The position numbers and the translations under genes are program-made. The notes under the pieces were generated by a model. That model was given only the letters and a program-made list of their open reading frames with translations, searched no databases and had not been told where the DNA came from. Below, one piece after another: positions 56,233 through 64,000 of a stretch of 64,000 nt of DNA (the stretch's first letter is position 1; every line of letters starts with the position of its first letter). Location: contig CBDCBK010000010.1 of NCBI GenBank assembly GCA_965214265.1, forward strand, positions 537,369 to 601,368, in the 5' to 3' direction. This stretch comes from Acidimicrobiia bacterium (GTDB lineage Bacteria; Actinomycetota; Acidimicrobiia; Spongiisociales; ZC4RG35).

Positions 56233-57812
56233 AAGGCAAAGCGATGGGGATGGGCGCTGCCGCTTTGGTGGTGTCGGGAGGAGTGCTGGCATCCAGGGTG
56301 TTGGGGCTGGGCCGAGAGACGATGCTGGCGGCCCTGATCGGGGTCAATGCGGTGGGAGATGTCTATCGGGCCGCCTTCCTGGTTCCCGACCTGCTCAACT
56401 ATCTGCTGGCCGGGGGGTATCTGACCATCACCTTCGTCCCGATCCTCGCCGCTCGCCTGACGGCGAACGATCCCGAGGGCGGCAACCGGGCTTTCGTGGC
56501 CGTCTTCAGGGTGGTGACCGGTGTGACCGTACTTCTGACCGCGGTGTTGATGATCTGGACGGCGCCTTTGATCGAGTTGATCTATCCCGAACTCTCCCCG
56601 GCCCAACTCGGAGAGGTGACTCGGCTCACCATGATCGCCCTGCCCGCCCAGGTCTTCTTCGTGGGTGGCTCGCTGCTGATGGCCTACCAGTACGCTCACC
56701 GGCGGTTTCTGATTCCCGTGACCGCTCCCATTGTTTACAACCTGTCCATCATTGTCGGGGGGATGGTGGGTGGAAATCTCGTCGATCCCCCTCCCGCCGA
56801 CGGGTTCGTGTGGGGAGCCCTGGCCGGAGCCGCGCTCGGCAACTTCGGGATACAGTGGTGGGGGGCGCGCCGGGTGGGTCTGCGGTTGGTGAAAGGTGTG
56901 GCCTGGAAGCACCCGGCGGTCCGAACCTACTTGGCGTTGGCCTTACCACTGATGGTGGGCCAGTCGGTGGCGGTCCTCGATGAGCAGTTTGTCCGGCTCT
57001 TCGGCCAGTTGACCGCGGAAGGAGGGATTTCGGCGCTCTCCTTTGCGCGGGTGCTGAACATGGTTCCAGTGGGAATGGTGGCCCAAGCGGCCGGGGTGGC
57101 CGCCTTTCCGTTCCTGGCCTCCCTGGCCGCGGCAGGTCGCCGCTCCGAGTTGGCCGAAACAACCTTGCGCACCGCCCGGATGACCCTCTTTCTTGGAACC
57201 GGCGCTGCTGCGGCGGTGTTGGCAGTGGGAAATCCTGGCGTGAGGTTGGTTTTTCAGTGGGGAGCCTTCAGCTCCGCCGATTCGGCTAGGGTGTCACAAC
57301 TCCTGGCCATCTACGCGCTGGCCATTCCGGCGTGGGGCCTTCATCAGGTGATAGCCCGCTCCTTCTACGCCGAACGGCGGATGTGGCCGCCGGTGATGAT
57401 CGGCACCCTGGCCGCTGCTGTTGCAGTACCGCTCTCTTTGGGGCTGGTATCGGTTTGGGACGCCGAAGGATTGGTCTGGGCCAGCGTGATCTCCATGGCT
57501 GCCTACACAGTGGCGTTAACATTGTTTTGGCTGCGCGGCCAGGATGCGGGAGGAAAGGGCCTGGCTTTGGGGCTGGCGCGTTCAGTGGTGGCCGGGGGTT
57601 TCGCGGCCGGGGCCGGATGGCTGGTGGCCCGCTGGTTTTCCGAGGACGGAGCCTGGACAGTCGCCGAGGCGCTGGGCGCCTTCGTGGTGGGAGGGGTGAT
57701 TGTCGCCCTGGTCTTTGCGGCGGTGGCCCGGCTGCTGGGAAGCAGGGAACTGCAATCGCTGAAGAGGGCCCGCCGGGGGGGCAACACTGCCAACTCTCCC
57801 GAAACCGTTTAG
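56229..57812 (+). CDS. murJ: lipid II flippase MurJ (MviN)
   Basis: SRVLGLGRETMLAALIGVNAVGDVYRAAFLVPD is the conserved MurJ N-terminus. ~14 TM helices. The internal Met at 56244 is an alternative start. Confidence 0.85.
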   Translation: MKGKAMGMGAAALVVSGGVLASRVLGLGRETMLAALIGVNAVGDVYRAAFLVPDLLNYLLAGGYLTITFVPILAARLTANDPEGGNRAFVAVFRVVTGVTVLLTAVLMIWTAPLIELIYPELSPAQLGEVTRLTMIALPAQVFFVGGSLLMAYQYAHRRFLIPVTAPIVYNLSIIVGGMVGGNLVDPPPADGFVWGALAGAALGNFGIQWWGARRVGLRLVKGVAWKHPAVRTYLALALPLMVGQSVAVLDEQFVRLFGQLTAEGGISALSFARVLNMVPVGMVAQAAGVAAFPFLASLAAAGRRSELAETTLRTARMTLFLGTGAAAAVLAVGNPGVRLVFQWGAFSSADSARVSQLLAIYALAIPAWGLHQVIARSFYAERRMWPPVMIGTLAAAVAVPLSLGLVSVWDAEGLVWASVISMAAYTVALTLFWLRGQDAGGKGLALGLARSVVAGGFAAGAGWLVARWFSEDGAWTVAEALGAFVVGGVIVALVFAAVARLLGSRELQSLKRARRGGNTANSPETV

Positions 57813-57924
57813 TTGTACTTGTAGTAAACGTCGCTGACAGTTCTGGTTGGTTGAGTCCTGCTTTGTTTGACTAAAGGAGCCCGCCATTGCTAACGGCTGT
57901 GCTCTCCCTGCATCTCCAAAGGGG

Positions 57925-58572
57925 TCAGTACACACGCCCCATCGCGAAGGCAATCGACACCTCGATATCGCGGATCGCCTGCGACATAGCCTGACCGATG
58001 AGGTCCAGCTTGCGCACCTGTTCGATTCGGTCGGACGCCCTCTCGAGTTCACTCCTGGACAGCAACTCGTGGAAGATACCACATGCGTCGGCCAGGCAGA
58101 TGAGCATCACATCGCGCGGGTCTGGGATTTCGTCGCTGAAGAGCACTCCCATGATTCGCAACTTCACCTCGCGTTCGGCCGTGCCATCAATGGTCGGATA
58201 ACGCCTGGACCGGAAAACCCACAGAAAGCGTTCATCCTGGCGCTCCAGGATGCCTCTGGCCACCAGTCTGGAGAGCGCCTCCTCGCGTAACGCGTCGGCG
58301 CGCTCCACTATGTGTTCCACCCAGTGACGAGTGGGATGCTTCTCTCCCGCGGCAATATCGGCCAGCGTCGGGTCGAGCAGGCTGTCGCCTACCGGTGTGG
58401 CATCGACCAAAACCAAATTGTCGGTGTCGGTGTCGATGCGGTTCTCCATCGCCAAGTCCATTAGCACCCCGCCGGCGATGGCATAGTCGAACGCCCAGTT
58501 GGGCACCTGTACGAACCTCCCATCCTGGTCACGGAGCAGGAGAAGGATTGTTTCCTCGACGAATCTCAGCAT
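57925..58572 (-). CDS. GPP34/GOLPH3-like family protein
   Basis: EETILLLLRDQDGRF...AIAGGVLMDL is the typical GPP34 N-terminal motif. Confidence 0.55.
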   Translation of the reverse strand: MLRFVEETILLLLRDQDGRFVQVPNWAFDYAIAGGVLMDLAMENRIDTDTDNLVLVDATPVGDSLLDPTLADIAAGEKHPTRHWVEHIVERADALREEALSRLVARGILERQDERFLWVFRSRRYPTIDGTAEREVKLRIMGVLFSDEIPDPRDVMLICLADACGIFHELLSRSELERASDRIEQVRKLDLIGQAMSQAIRDIEVSIAFAMGRVY

Positions 58573-58716
58573 TGTGCTGGTCCTTCCTCAGTAACGTGCT
58601 CATTCCAGCGCCCTCGCCGGGCCACGGCCGGGCGGTTACGCCGGAAAGTCAAGAACGTCATAGTCTAACCTGCTGGCGCTCCTCGCTGCCTGACCTGTCC
58701 CATGCCGATAGCACGC

Positions 58717-58992
58717 TCAGCGAGGCAGTCCCGGCCGCCCGGATAGTCTCGGCCAGGGCTGCTCGGATGGTCTGTTGGGTGCCGTGTCGCCGTTCAGGCC
58801 CGGATCGGGGGGCGGCAGTGGATCCACGGCGGTCAGTCGACCGGCTCGCACCCAGGCGGACAGCTGCTGGTTGGCATGAGGTCGGCGAGCCCAGGCCGCC
58901 CGTCTTCGCCGCCGCATCTGCTCCATCACCGCCGAAAGCGCCGCTGCCTCGTATTCACCGGCCCCGCCTTGTATCTCGAACCGTTCAATCAT
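58717..58992 (-). CDS. possible acyl-CoA carboxylase epsilon subunit-like small protein
   Basis: Short protein MIERFEIQGG...ALSAVMEQM next to mce. Weak similarity only. Confidence 0.3.
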   Translation of the reverse strand: MIERFEIQGGAGEYEAAALSAVMEQMRRRRRAAWARRPHANQQLSAWVRAGRLTAVDPLPPPDPGLNGDTAPNRPSEQPWPRLSGRPGLPR

Positions 58993-59398
58993 CGGACGGC
59001 TCCACCAACTCGATCAGCGTCCCGGCCAGGTCACGGGGATGGACGAAAGCAATCCGGGTTCCCCCGCCCCCCGGACGGGGCTCGGAGTCGACCATGTTCG
59101 CTCCCTGGGCCTTGAGGTGCTCCACGGCGGCGTCGATATCGGCCACCGTCCAGGCCAGATGATGAACCCCTTCTCCTTTCTTGGCCAGGAACCGCCCCAC
59201 CGGGGTCTCCGGTCCGAGCGGCTGAAGCAACTGGATGAATGATCCGCCCAGTGGGATCATCGCCTCCTCCACCCCTTGGGAGGAGACGGTCTCCCGATAG
59301 AGGGGCGTTATCCCGTATTTGACTCGGTACTCGGCCACCGCCCGGTCGAGGTCATGAACGGCGATGCCCACATGGTCGAGGTTCAGCAGTTTGATCAA
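58985..59398 (-). CDS. mce: methylmalonyl-CoA epimerase (VOC/glyoxalase family)
   Basis: LNLDHVGIAVHDLDRAV...GEGVHHLAWTV are the metal ligands H12, H91 and E141 equivalents. Confidence 0.85.
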   Translation of the reverse strand: MIKLLNLDHVGIAVHDLDRAVAEYRVKYGITPLYRETVSSQGVEEAMIPLGGSFIQLLQPLGPETPVGRFLAKKGEGVHHLAWTVADIDAAVEHLKAQGANMVDSEPRPGGGGTRIAFVHPRDLAGTLIELVEPSDD

Positions 59399-59437
59399 GA
59401 ATGCTTCCTATTAGGCCCGTAAACCCTTTTAGACACC

Positions 59438-59479
59438 CCTGAAGGCCACAGGGTTACGCCTGAAGGCCACAGGGTTACG
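59438..59479. promoter_or_regulatory. perfect 21-bp direct repeat (CCTGAAGGCCACAGGGTTACG x2) in divergent mce/thiolase intergenic region
   Basis: Directly visible at 59438..59458 and 59459..59479. Confidence 0.5.
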
Positions 59480-59481
59480 GC

Positions 59482-60097
59482 TTGGGCGAATGTTTCCCCA
59501 AAAACAAGGAGTCAACCGCCAACTATCCTTCGACGGATGAGGAGTCTTTCGACCCGGTCGTTTGCTCGGTGGCCCGCACCCCTATCGGCCGCTTCATGGG
59601 GGGGACTTTCTCCGTTACGCGCCGTGGATCTGGGAGGACAGGCCATCGCCGCGGCCCTGACCCGGTCCGAAGTGGCGTCCAGCGAGTTGGACGAGGTGAT
59701 TTTCGGCCATGTCCTGGTGGGCGGGGAGGGCCAGATCACCGCGCGTCAGGCGGCGGTGGGGTTGGCCTCCCGTTCGGTTCGCCTGGGTGAGGCCAACTTC
59801 GTGATGGCGGGCGGGATGGAGTCGATGAGCAACGCCCCCTACATGGTTCGGGACCTCCGCTCGGGGCTGTGGATGGGAGATGCCAGCATGGTGGATGTCA
59901 TGGTGCACGATGGTCTGTTTTGCGCTTTCGACCAGTGCACCATGGGGGAGATGTCGGATGGGGCTAACGCCCGGCTGGGCCTCACCCACGCCCAACAGAA
60001 CGAATGGGCCGCGGAAAGCCATCGTCGCGCCGCCCAAGCCACCGAAAGCGGCCATTTCGCCCGGGAGATCGTTCCGGTGGAGATGAGGGTGGAGTGA
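59482..60097 (+). pseudogene. acetyl-CoA acetyltransferase (thiolase) fragment: frameshift near codon 40 and truncated after ~200 aa, 3' end replaced by glpX
   Basis: Frame 1 gives VVCSVARTPIGRFMGG. Frame 2 gives LSPLRAVDLGGQAIAAAL...VMAGGMESMSNAPY...EIVPVEM. No C-terminal thiolase domain. Confidence 0.7.
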
Positions 60098-61074
60098 TGG
60101 TCTCGGGCTTCGGCCACAGCTACACTCTCGACCTGGCCCAGGTGACGGAGCAGGCGGCGATCGCCGCCGCCCATTGGCAGGGAAGGGCCGACAAGGAGGC
60201 AGTCGACCAGGCGGCGGTGGATGGGATGCGAGAACGTCTCAACACCATTCACCTGGACGGGGTGGTGGTGATTGGGGAGGGAGAGAAGGACCGCGCTCCC
60301 ATGCTTCACAACGGGGAGCGAGTGGGGAGTGGCCGGGGCGCCCGGGTGGACATAGCCGTCGACCCGGTGGACGGCACGGCGCTCACCGCCCGTGGGGGAC
60401 CGGGGGCGCTGTCGGTGATCGCGGCGGCGGAGCGGGGAACCATGTTCTCACCCGGAGGCCTGGTCTACATGGACAAGCTGGCGGTGGGAGCGGAAGCGGC
60501 GGGGGTGATAGACCTGGAGGCTCCCGTCAGCCATAACCTGGGGCAGGTCGCCCGGGCCAAGGGTCTGGACATCGATCAGTTGACGGTGGTTGTGTTGGAT
60601 CGCCCTCGTAATCAGGATTACATAAGGGAGATCCGTGCGGTCAGGGCCAGGATCCGGTTGATCGGCGACGGGGACGTCTCCGCCGCGATAGCCACCGCCC
60701 GTCCAGAAACGGGAATAGATGTGCTGGTGGGGATCGGCGGCTCACCCGAGGCGGTGATCGCCGCCGCCGCCATGCGCTGCATGGGGGGAGAGATCCAGAC
60801 GCGGCTTTGGGCGGGGACCGACCAGCAGCGGGAATACGCGGCCGATCACGGCTTGGACCTCGGGCGGGTGATGACCACCGCCGAACTGGTAGGGGGAGAA
60901 GAGGCCTACCTGGTGGCTACCGGAGTAACCAGTGGCGAGTTCCTGCGGGGTGTGGAATTCGGCCACGACCAAGCTATCACTCACAGCGTCACGATGCAGG
61001 CCAGCACCGGAACGATCCGCTACATATTAACCCACCACAACCTGGCTCGCTTGGAGGAACTACAGCGCGGGTGA
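60097..61074 (+). CDS. glpX: class II fructose-1,6-bisphosphatase
   Basis: LDLAQVTEQAAIAAAHWQGRADKEAVDQAAVDGMRERLN...VVIGEGEKDRAPMLHNGERVG...DIAVDPVDGT is the GlpX signature. The ATG overlaps the thiolase-fragment stop (TGATG). Confidence 0.85.
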   Translation: MVSGFGHSYTLDLAQVTEQAAIAAAHWQGRADKEAVDQAAVDGMRERLNTIHLDGVVVIGEGEKDRAPMLHNGERVGSGRGARVDIAVDPVDGTALTARGGPGALSVIAAAERGTMFSPGGLVYMDKLAVGAEAAGVIDLEAPVSHNLGQVARAKGLDIDQLTVVVLDRPRNQDYIREIRAVRARIRLIGDGDVSAAIATARPETGIDVLVGIGGSPEAVIAAAAMRCMGGEIQTRLWAGTDQQREYAADHGLDLGRVMTTAELVGGEEAYLVATGVTSGEFLRGVEFGHDQAITHSVTMQASTGTIRYILTHHNLARLEELQRG

Positions 61075-61097
61075 CGGCTGGGCCGCGCGCGTACTGT

Positions 61098-61898
61098 TCA
61101 GCGGGAGACGTCGGGAGCGATGGGATCTCCGGAGTCGCGTTCGCGAACCGCCTGGGCGAAGCCGACCTGCTCGGCCCGCCGCTTGAACCACAGCCCCTCG
61201 GGTGAGTGTCGGGCGATCCCGTCGAAAAGCGTGGCGAGCATCTGGGTACCGGCCAGTCCCATGCTCTCCAACGCCGGTTGACCATCGTCTTGTTCATCAT
61301 CAACTGGTTGCGGGGAATGCCCTCGATCCGGTCGGCCAACTCGGCCACTCTGGTGTCGAGGAGAGCTTCGGGGACGGCGTCGACCACCAACCCTATCCGC
61401 TTCGCCTCGACGCCGTCGATCAGGATAAACCCACATGGCGGTGGTGGGAACACCCCAGACACGAGCAGGCGGGTATCCGATCTCGGCGTCGGCAGCCATC
61501 ACCACAAGATCACAGGCAAGGGCGATGTCTGATCCTCCCGCCACCGCGTACCCATGGACCTTGGCAATAGTGGGCTTGGAACATCGCCGCAGCGACACGA
61601 AATCTTGGGTGTTGCGGTTCATCATCCGATAGTCCACGGTGGGATCCCAGGGCATCTCCTGGGTGTGGGGATCCTCGGCCCGTGCGGCGAACTCTGAGAG
61701 GTCGTACCCGGCGCAGAACGCCCGTCCCGCGCCCGTAAGAATCACCACATGAACCCGGGGGTCTTGATCCGCCGATTCCACCGCCTCCCGGATCTCCCCT
61801 GGGATTGGCTCGTCAATGGCGTTCAGCCGCTCGGGACGGTTTAGGTTGATTGTGGCTATCCGGTCGGAGACCTCGTATCGAATGCTCTGGTAATCCAC
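61098..61898 (-). pseudogene. enoyl-CoA hydratase/isomerase (crotonase) with two compensating frameshifts in the middle third
   Basis: The N-terminal frame has RIATINLNRPERLNAI...ILTGAGRAFCAGYDL. The middle is crotonase-like only in another frame (GFILIDGVEAKRIGLVVDAVPEALLDTRVAELADRIEGIPRNQLMMNK, ORF 60989..61462). The C-terminal tail (SPEGLWFKRRAEQVGFAQAVRERD) returns to frame 1. Confidence 0.6.
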
Positions 61899-61934
61899 TT
61901 TGTCCGTGAGTCAGGTTATGGGACTGATCCCTAT

Positions 61935-62666
61935 TTAACTGGTATCGCCCGCGTTTTTTGTGACCTTCTGACAAAGACCGGAGCTCTCGGAGGGTGACAT
62001 CTGACCGTCCCCGGAACTCAAGCCCGCTTTCCTGAGTGCCGCCAGCAGTCCGCCTGCGAAAAAGCGATCCAGGTTGGCGCTGTACCCAAGCGGATGCTCT
62101 CCGTGGTGATTGACCAGAATGCAGGTGCTTCCGGCCTCCTGGGACGCGGCCAGATCGTCATCGGTGTCGCCGATCATCACCGCTCGGTGTGGGGGGATTC
62201 CCGGAGCCGCCGCCCGCAGGTGATCACCGAACAGCCCCACCTTGCTTCGGCCTGCAGGTCCGCGCAGGCCGTCGATGCGGGTGAAGTAGGGGGCGAGTCC
62301 CAACCTTCCGACCAGCGAATTCAAGGGAGCGTGGGGATACAACGAGAGAATCGACTGGGTGGCGCCGCTTCGGGCCACTATTTCCAGCACGTGGGGAACT
62401 TCTGTAGCCAGCCCGGCGAGGTGCAGGCTGCTCTCGTATGACATCAGAAAGCTCTGGTTAACCCGTTCCCACTCCGAGTCGGTGAGATCCCGCCCCAGCA
62501 CCCTGCGATAGAACAGGGACAGGGGACGGGTGAAGAGCCTGATGTATTCGGAAAGACCGAGTGGATTGGCGCCCATTTCCCCAAGCGCAGCGTTGGTGGC
62601 AAGATGCACCTGTGGGAGATCATCCCATAGGGTTCCGTTCCAGTCCCACACCACATGATCGGCCAT
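61935..62666 (-). CDS. HAD-superfamily hydrolase (phosphatase)
   Basis: VVWDWNGTLWDD is HAD motif I (DxDGT). MIGDTDDDLAA is motif IV. Confidence 0.75.
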   Translation of the reverse strand: MADHVVWDWNGTLWDDLPQVHLATNAALGEMGANPLGLSEYIRLFTRPLSLFYRRVLGRDLTDSEWERVNQSFLMSYESSLHLAGLATEVPHVLEIVARSGATQSILSLYPHAPLNSLVGRLGLAPYFTRIDGLRGPAGRSKVGLFGDHLRAAAPGIPPHRAVMIGDTDDDLAASQEAGSTCILVNHHGEHPLGYSANLDRFFAGGLLAALRKAGLSSGDGQMSPSESSGLCQKVTKNAGDTS

Positions 62667-62960
62667 TCCCCCAGAGGATATTGCCGGTTGATGGTCTGCA
62701 AGCCAACCACCTGGAGCGGCCAAAGGGCAGGTGGTGGAGGGCGCCTCTGGATTTGAGGAGATTGTCGGTGGTTGAGCCCGCCGGCGTTCCCCCAAGATGG
62801 CGCACTTGGCGTTGCCGAGGTCCCGCCGCGTTCCCTGTCTGTGGATGGAGTTCGGCCCAGTGCCGACAATCATCTCCGCGAGAGCGTTATCGCGGGGGTC
62901 CCGTTCGATCATCGGGGAACCGGTTGCCATCGCCTTCCGCGGGGTATTGCATCGGGAAGA

Positions 62961-63983
62961 TCATTGGCCCGAGGAGTTGTAGTCGGCTGACCCGATATCG
63001 TTTACTTCCACGATGAAATCGTCACCGATTCGCTCGAGAACAGTGACAGTCACATCCCCCCAGGTAAAGCCTTCACCTATGCCCGCCACATGCGCAACGG
63101 GGTCATTGACGTGGATAAGGCCTGCCATATCCACAGTGATTGCCCGGGTGCGTCTTGCCAGACCAACGCAGGCGGGGTAGCCGGGGTGGTGGAAACAGAT
63201 CGGAGGCTGCTGTTCTATGAAGTAGGATTCAACGCCTTCTTTGGGCACGCCGGAGTCGAATGCCTTTCTAACTCGCGCCCCCAGTGTGATCATGCTGCCC
63301 CGGTCCGTCGGCAACACCAGCATTTGGGTGCCGTGGTCGCCAAGTGGACTGAGTGTGTATATGGAACTCCCGGCCCCTCTGTAGATCGCCACCTCCGTGG
63401 GGTCCATCCAGCCGGCTGCGTATCTGTTGACAGCGATGGTGCCTATTTGCAAGCCTGACGGAGCCTCGATGGTGCCCATCAGGTCCATCGAGTTGTCATA
63501 CCGGACGTAGCGATGCGAGTGAGGAAAACCGATTCCGTGTCCGAGTTCGTGGGCAACCGTGTACAGATTTGGCAGCGTGACATTTGCAATTAGATGTTGC
63601 TCCAAACTGCCGGGTTCGGCCACTGACCTGGCATCGAGGTACACGTAGCGGGTGTTATCCGGGAAAGTGGTTGCGCTCAATGCCACCTCGGCCGACGAGA
63701 GGTAGGATATGGTTCCCAGGCTGGCAAAGCTTGGAAAGGGAGCCTTGTTGATGATCACAATTGCGCCCTCCGGCCTGTCCTGTCGCGTGTTGCCCCTGTA
63801 GGCTTCCCATACCGGGTAGGTGCAGTTCCTCCGACCATCGATAGCTGGCGGTTCGATCACTCCACCCGCTCGGAAAACTGGCCGATAGCGACCTCCCGAG
63901 AGCCAAGCGAAATATGGGTTTAGTTCAGCCTCTAGCAGGTTGACGGCTTCCTCAAGAGAGAGATCCGGGATTGCCTCCTGCAC
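62961..63983 (-). CDS. zinc metalloprotease, paralog of the C-terminal protease domain of the large SLH-RCC1 protein (HELGHGIGFPHSH motif)
   Basis: TVAHELGHGIGF...NRYAAGWMDPTEV parallels VGAHELAHNLGL...SRWQLGWLDPTQI in the 7260..10853 product. The alternative GTG start is 17 nt from the window end, so the 5' end may be incomplete. Confidence 0.65.
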   Translation of the reverse strand: MQEAIPDLSLEEAVNLLEAELNPYFAWLSGGRYRPVFRAGGVIEPPAIDGRRNCTYPVWEAYRGNTRQDRPEGAIVIINKAPFPSFASLGTISYLSSAEVALSATTFPDNTRYVYLDARSVAEPGSLEQHLIANVTLPNLYTVAHELGHGIGFPHSHRYVRYDNSMDLMGTIEAPSGLQIGTIAVNRYAAGWMDPTEVAIYRGAGSSIYTLSPLGDHGTQMLVLPTDRGSMITLGARVRKAFDSGVPKEGVESYFIEQQPPICFHHPGYPACVGLARRTRAITVDMAGLIHVNDPVAHVAGIGEGFTWGDVTVTVLERIGDDFIVEVNDIGSADYNSSGQ

Positions 63984-64000
63984 CTTGCAGATCCATACAT

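Noticed and set aside
1-64000. CRISPR arrays, integrases, transposases, toxin-antitoxin pairs, RT/DGR, restriction-modification or other defence-island hallmarks
   Set aside because: None found. The repeated DNA in this window is explained by gene duplications and protein-internal repeats, not by spacer arrays or IS elements.

Overview
This is high-GC (~65%) actinobacterial-type chromosomal DNA; a WhiB regulator, SLH-domain protein and selA/selB are present. Both ends are ordinary housekeeping sequence. The left end carries Fe-S biogenesis genes (Nfu, ErpA, ApbC/Mrp) around gdhA, a giant SLH-RCC1-metalloprotease cell-surface protein, an M23 peptidase, selA-selB, whiB, NfeD, a CorC transporter, tRNA-Pro(CGG) and thrC. 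The right end carries asd-ask, cyclophilin, a PHP phosphoesterase, murJ, methylmalonyl-CoA epimerase, glpX and a second M6-like metalloprotease. Between thrC (22.2 kb) and asd/ask (52.1 kb) lies a ~29 kb accessory block. It starts with a tightly packed operon: a fold-II PLP enzyme, two tandem CDA-fold nucleoside deaminase paralogs, and a two-gene xanthine-dehydrogenase-family molybdoenzyme. This is followed by a nested, actively rearranging tandem array. It holds a NitT/TauT-type ABC transporter operon (SBP, permease, ATPase, second permease) plus an EamA exporter, duplicated as a ~6.1 kb unit whose junction lies inside the 3' end of the XDH gene. It also holds four EamA paralogs, each with a conserved 7-codon overlapping uORF, a degenerate third transporter copy with deletion scars, and five diverged tandem alpha/beta-hydrolase paralogs plus one internally deleted copy. 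Divergence between the duplicated units is mosaic (ATPase 100% identical, SBP ~80%). That points to gene conversion and/or diversifying selection on the specificity-determining parts. Several genes carry frameshifts or truncations: SBP copy 2, the M23 peptidase linker, a thiolase fused into glpX, and an enoyl-CoA hydratase. These may be real decay or indel-type sequencing errors. No CRISPR array, integrase, transposase or tRNA-Sec was found.
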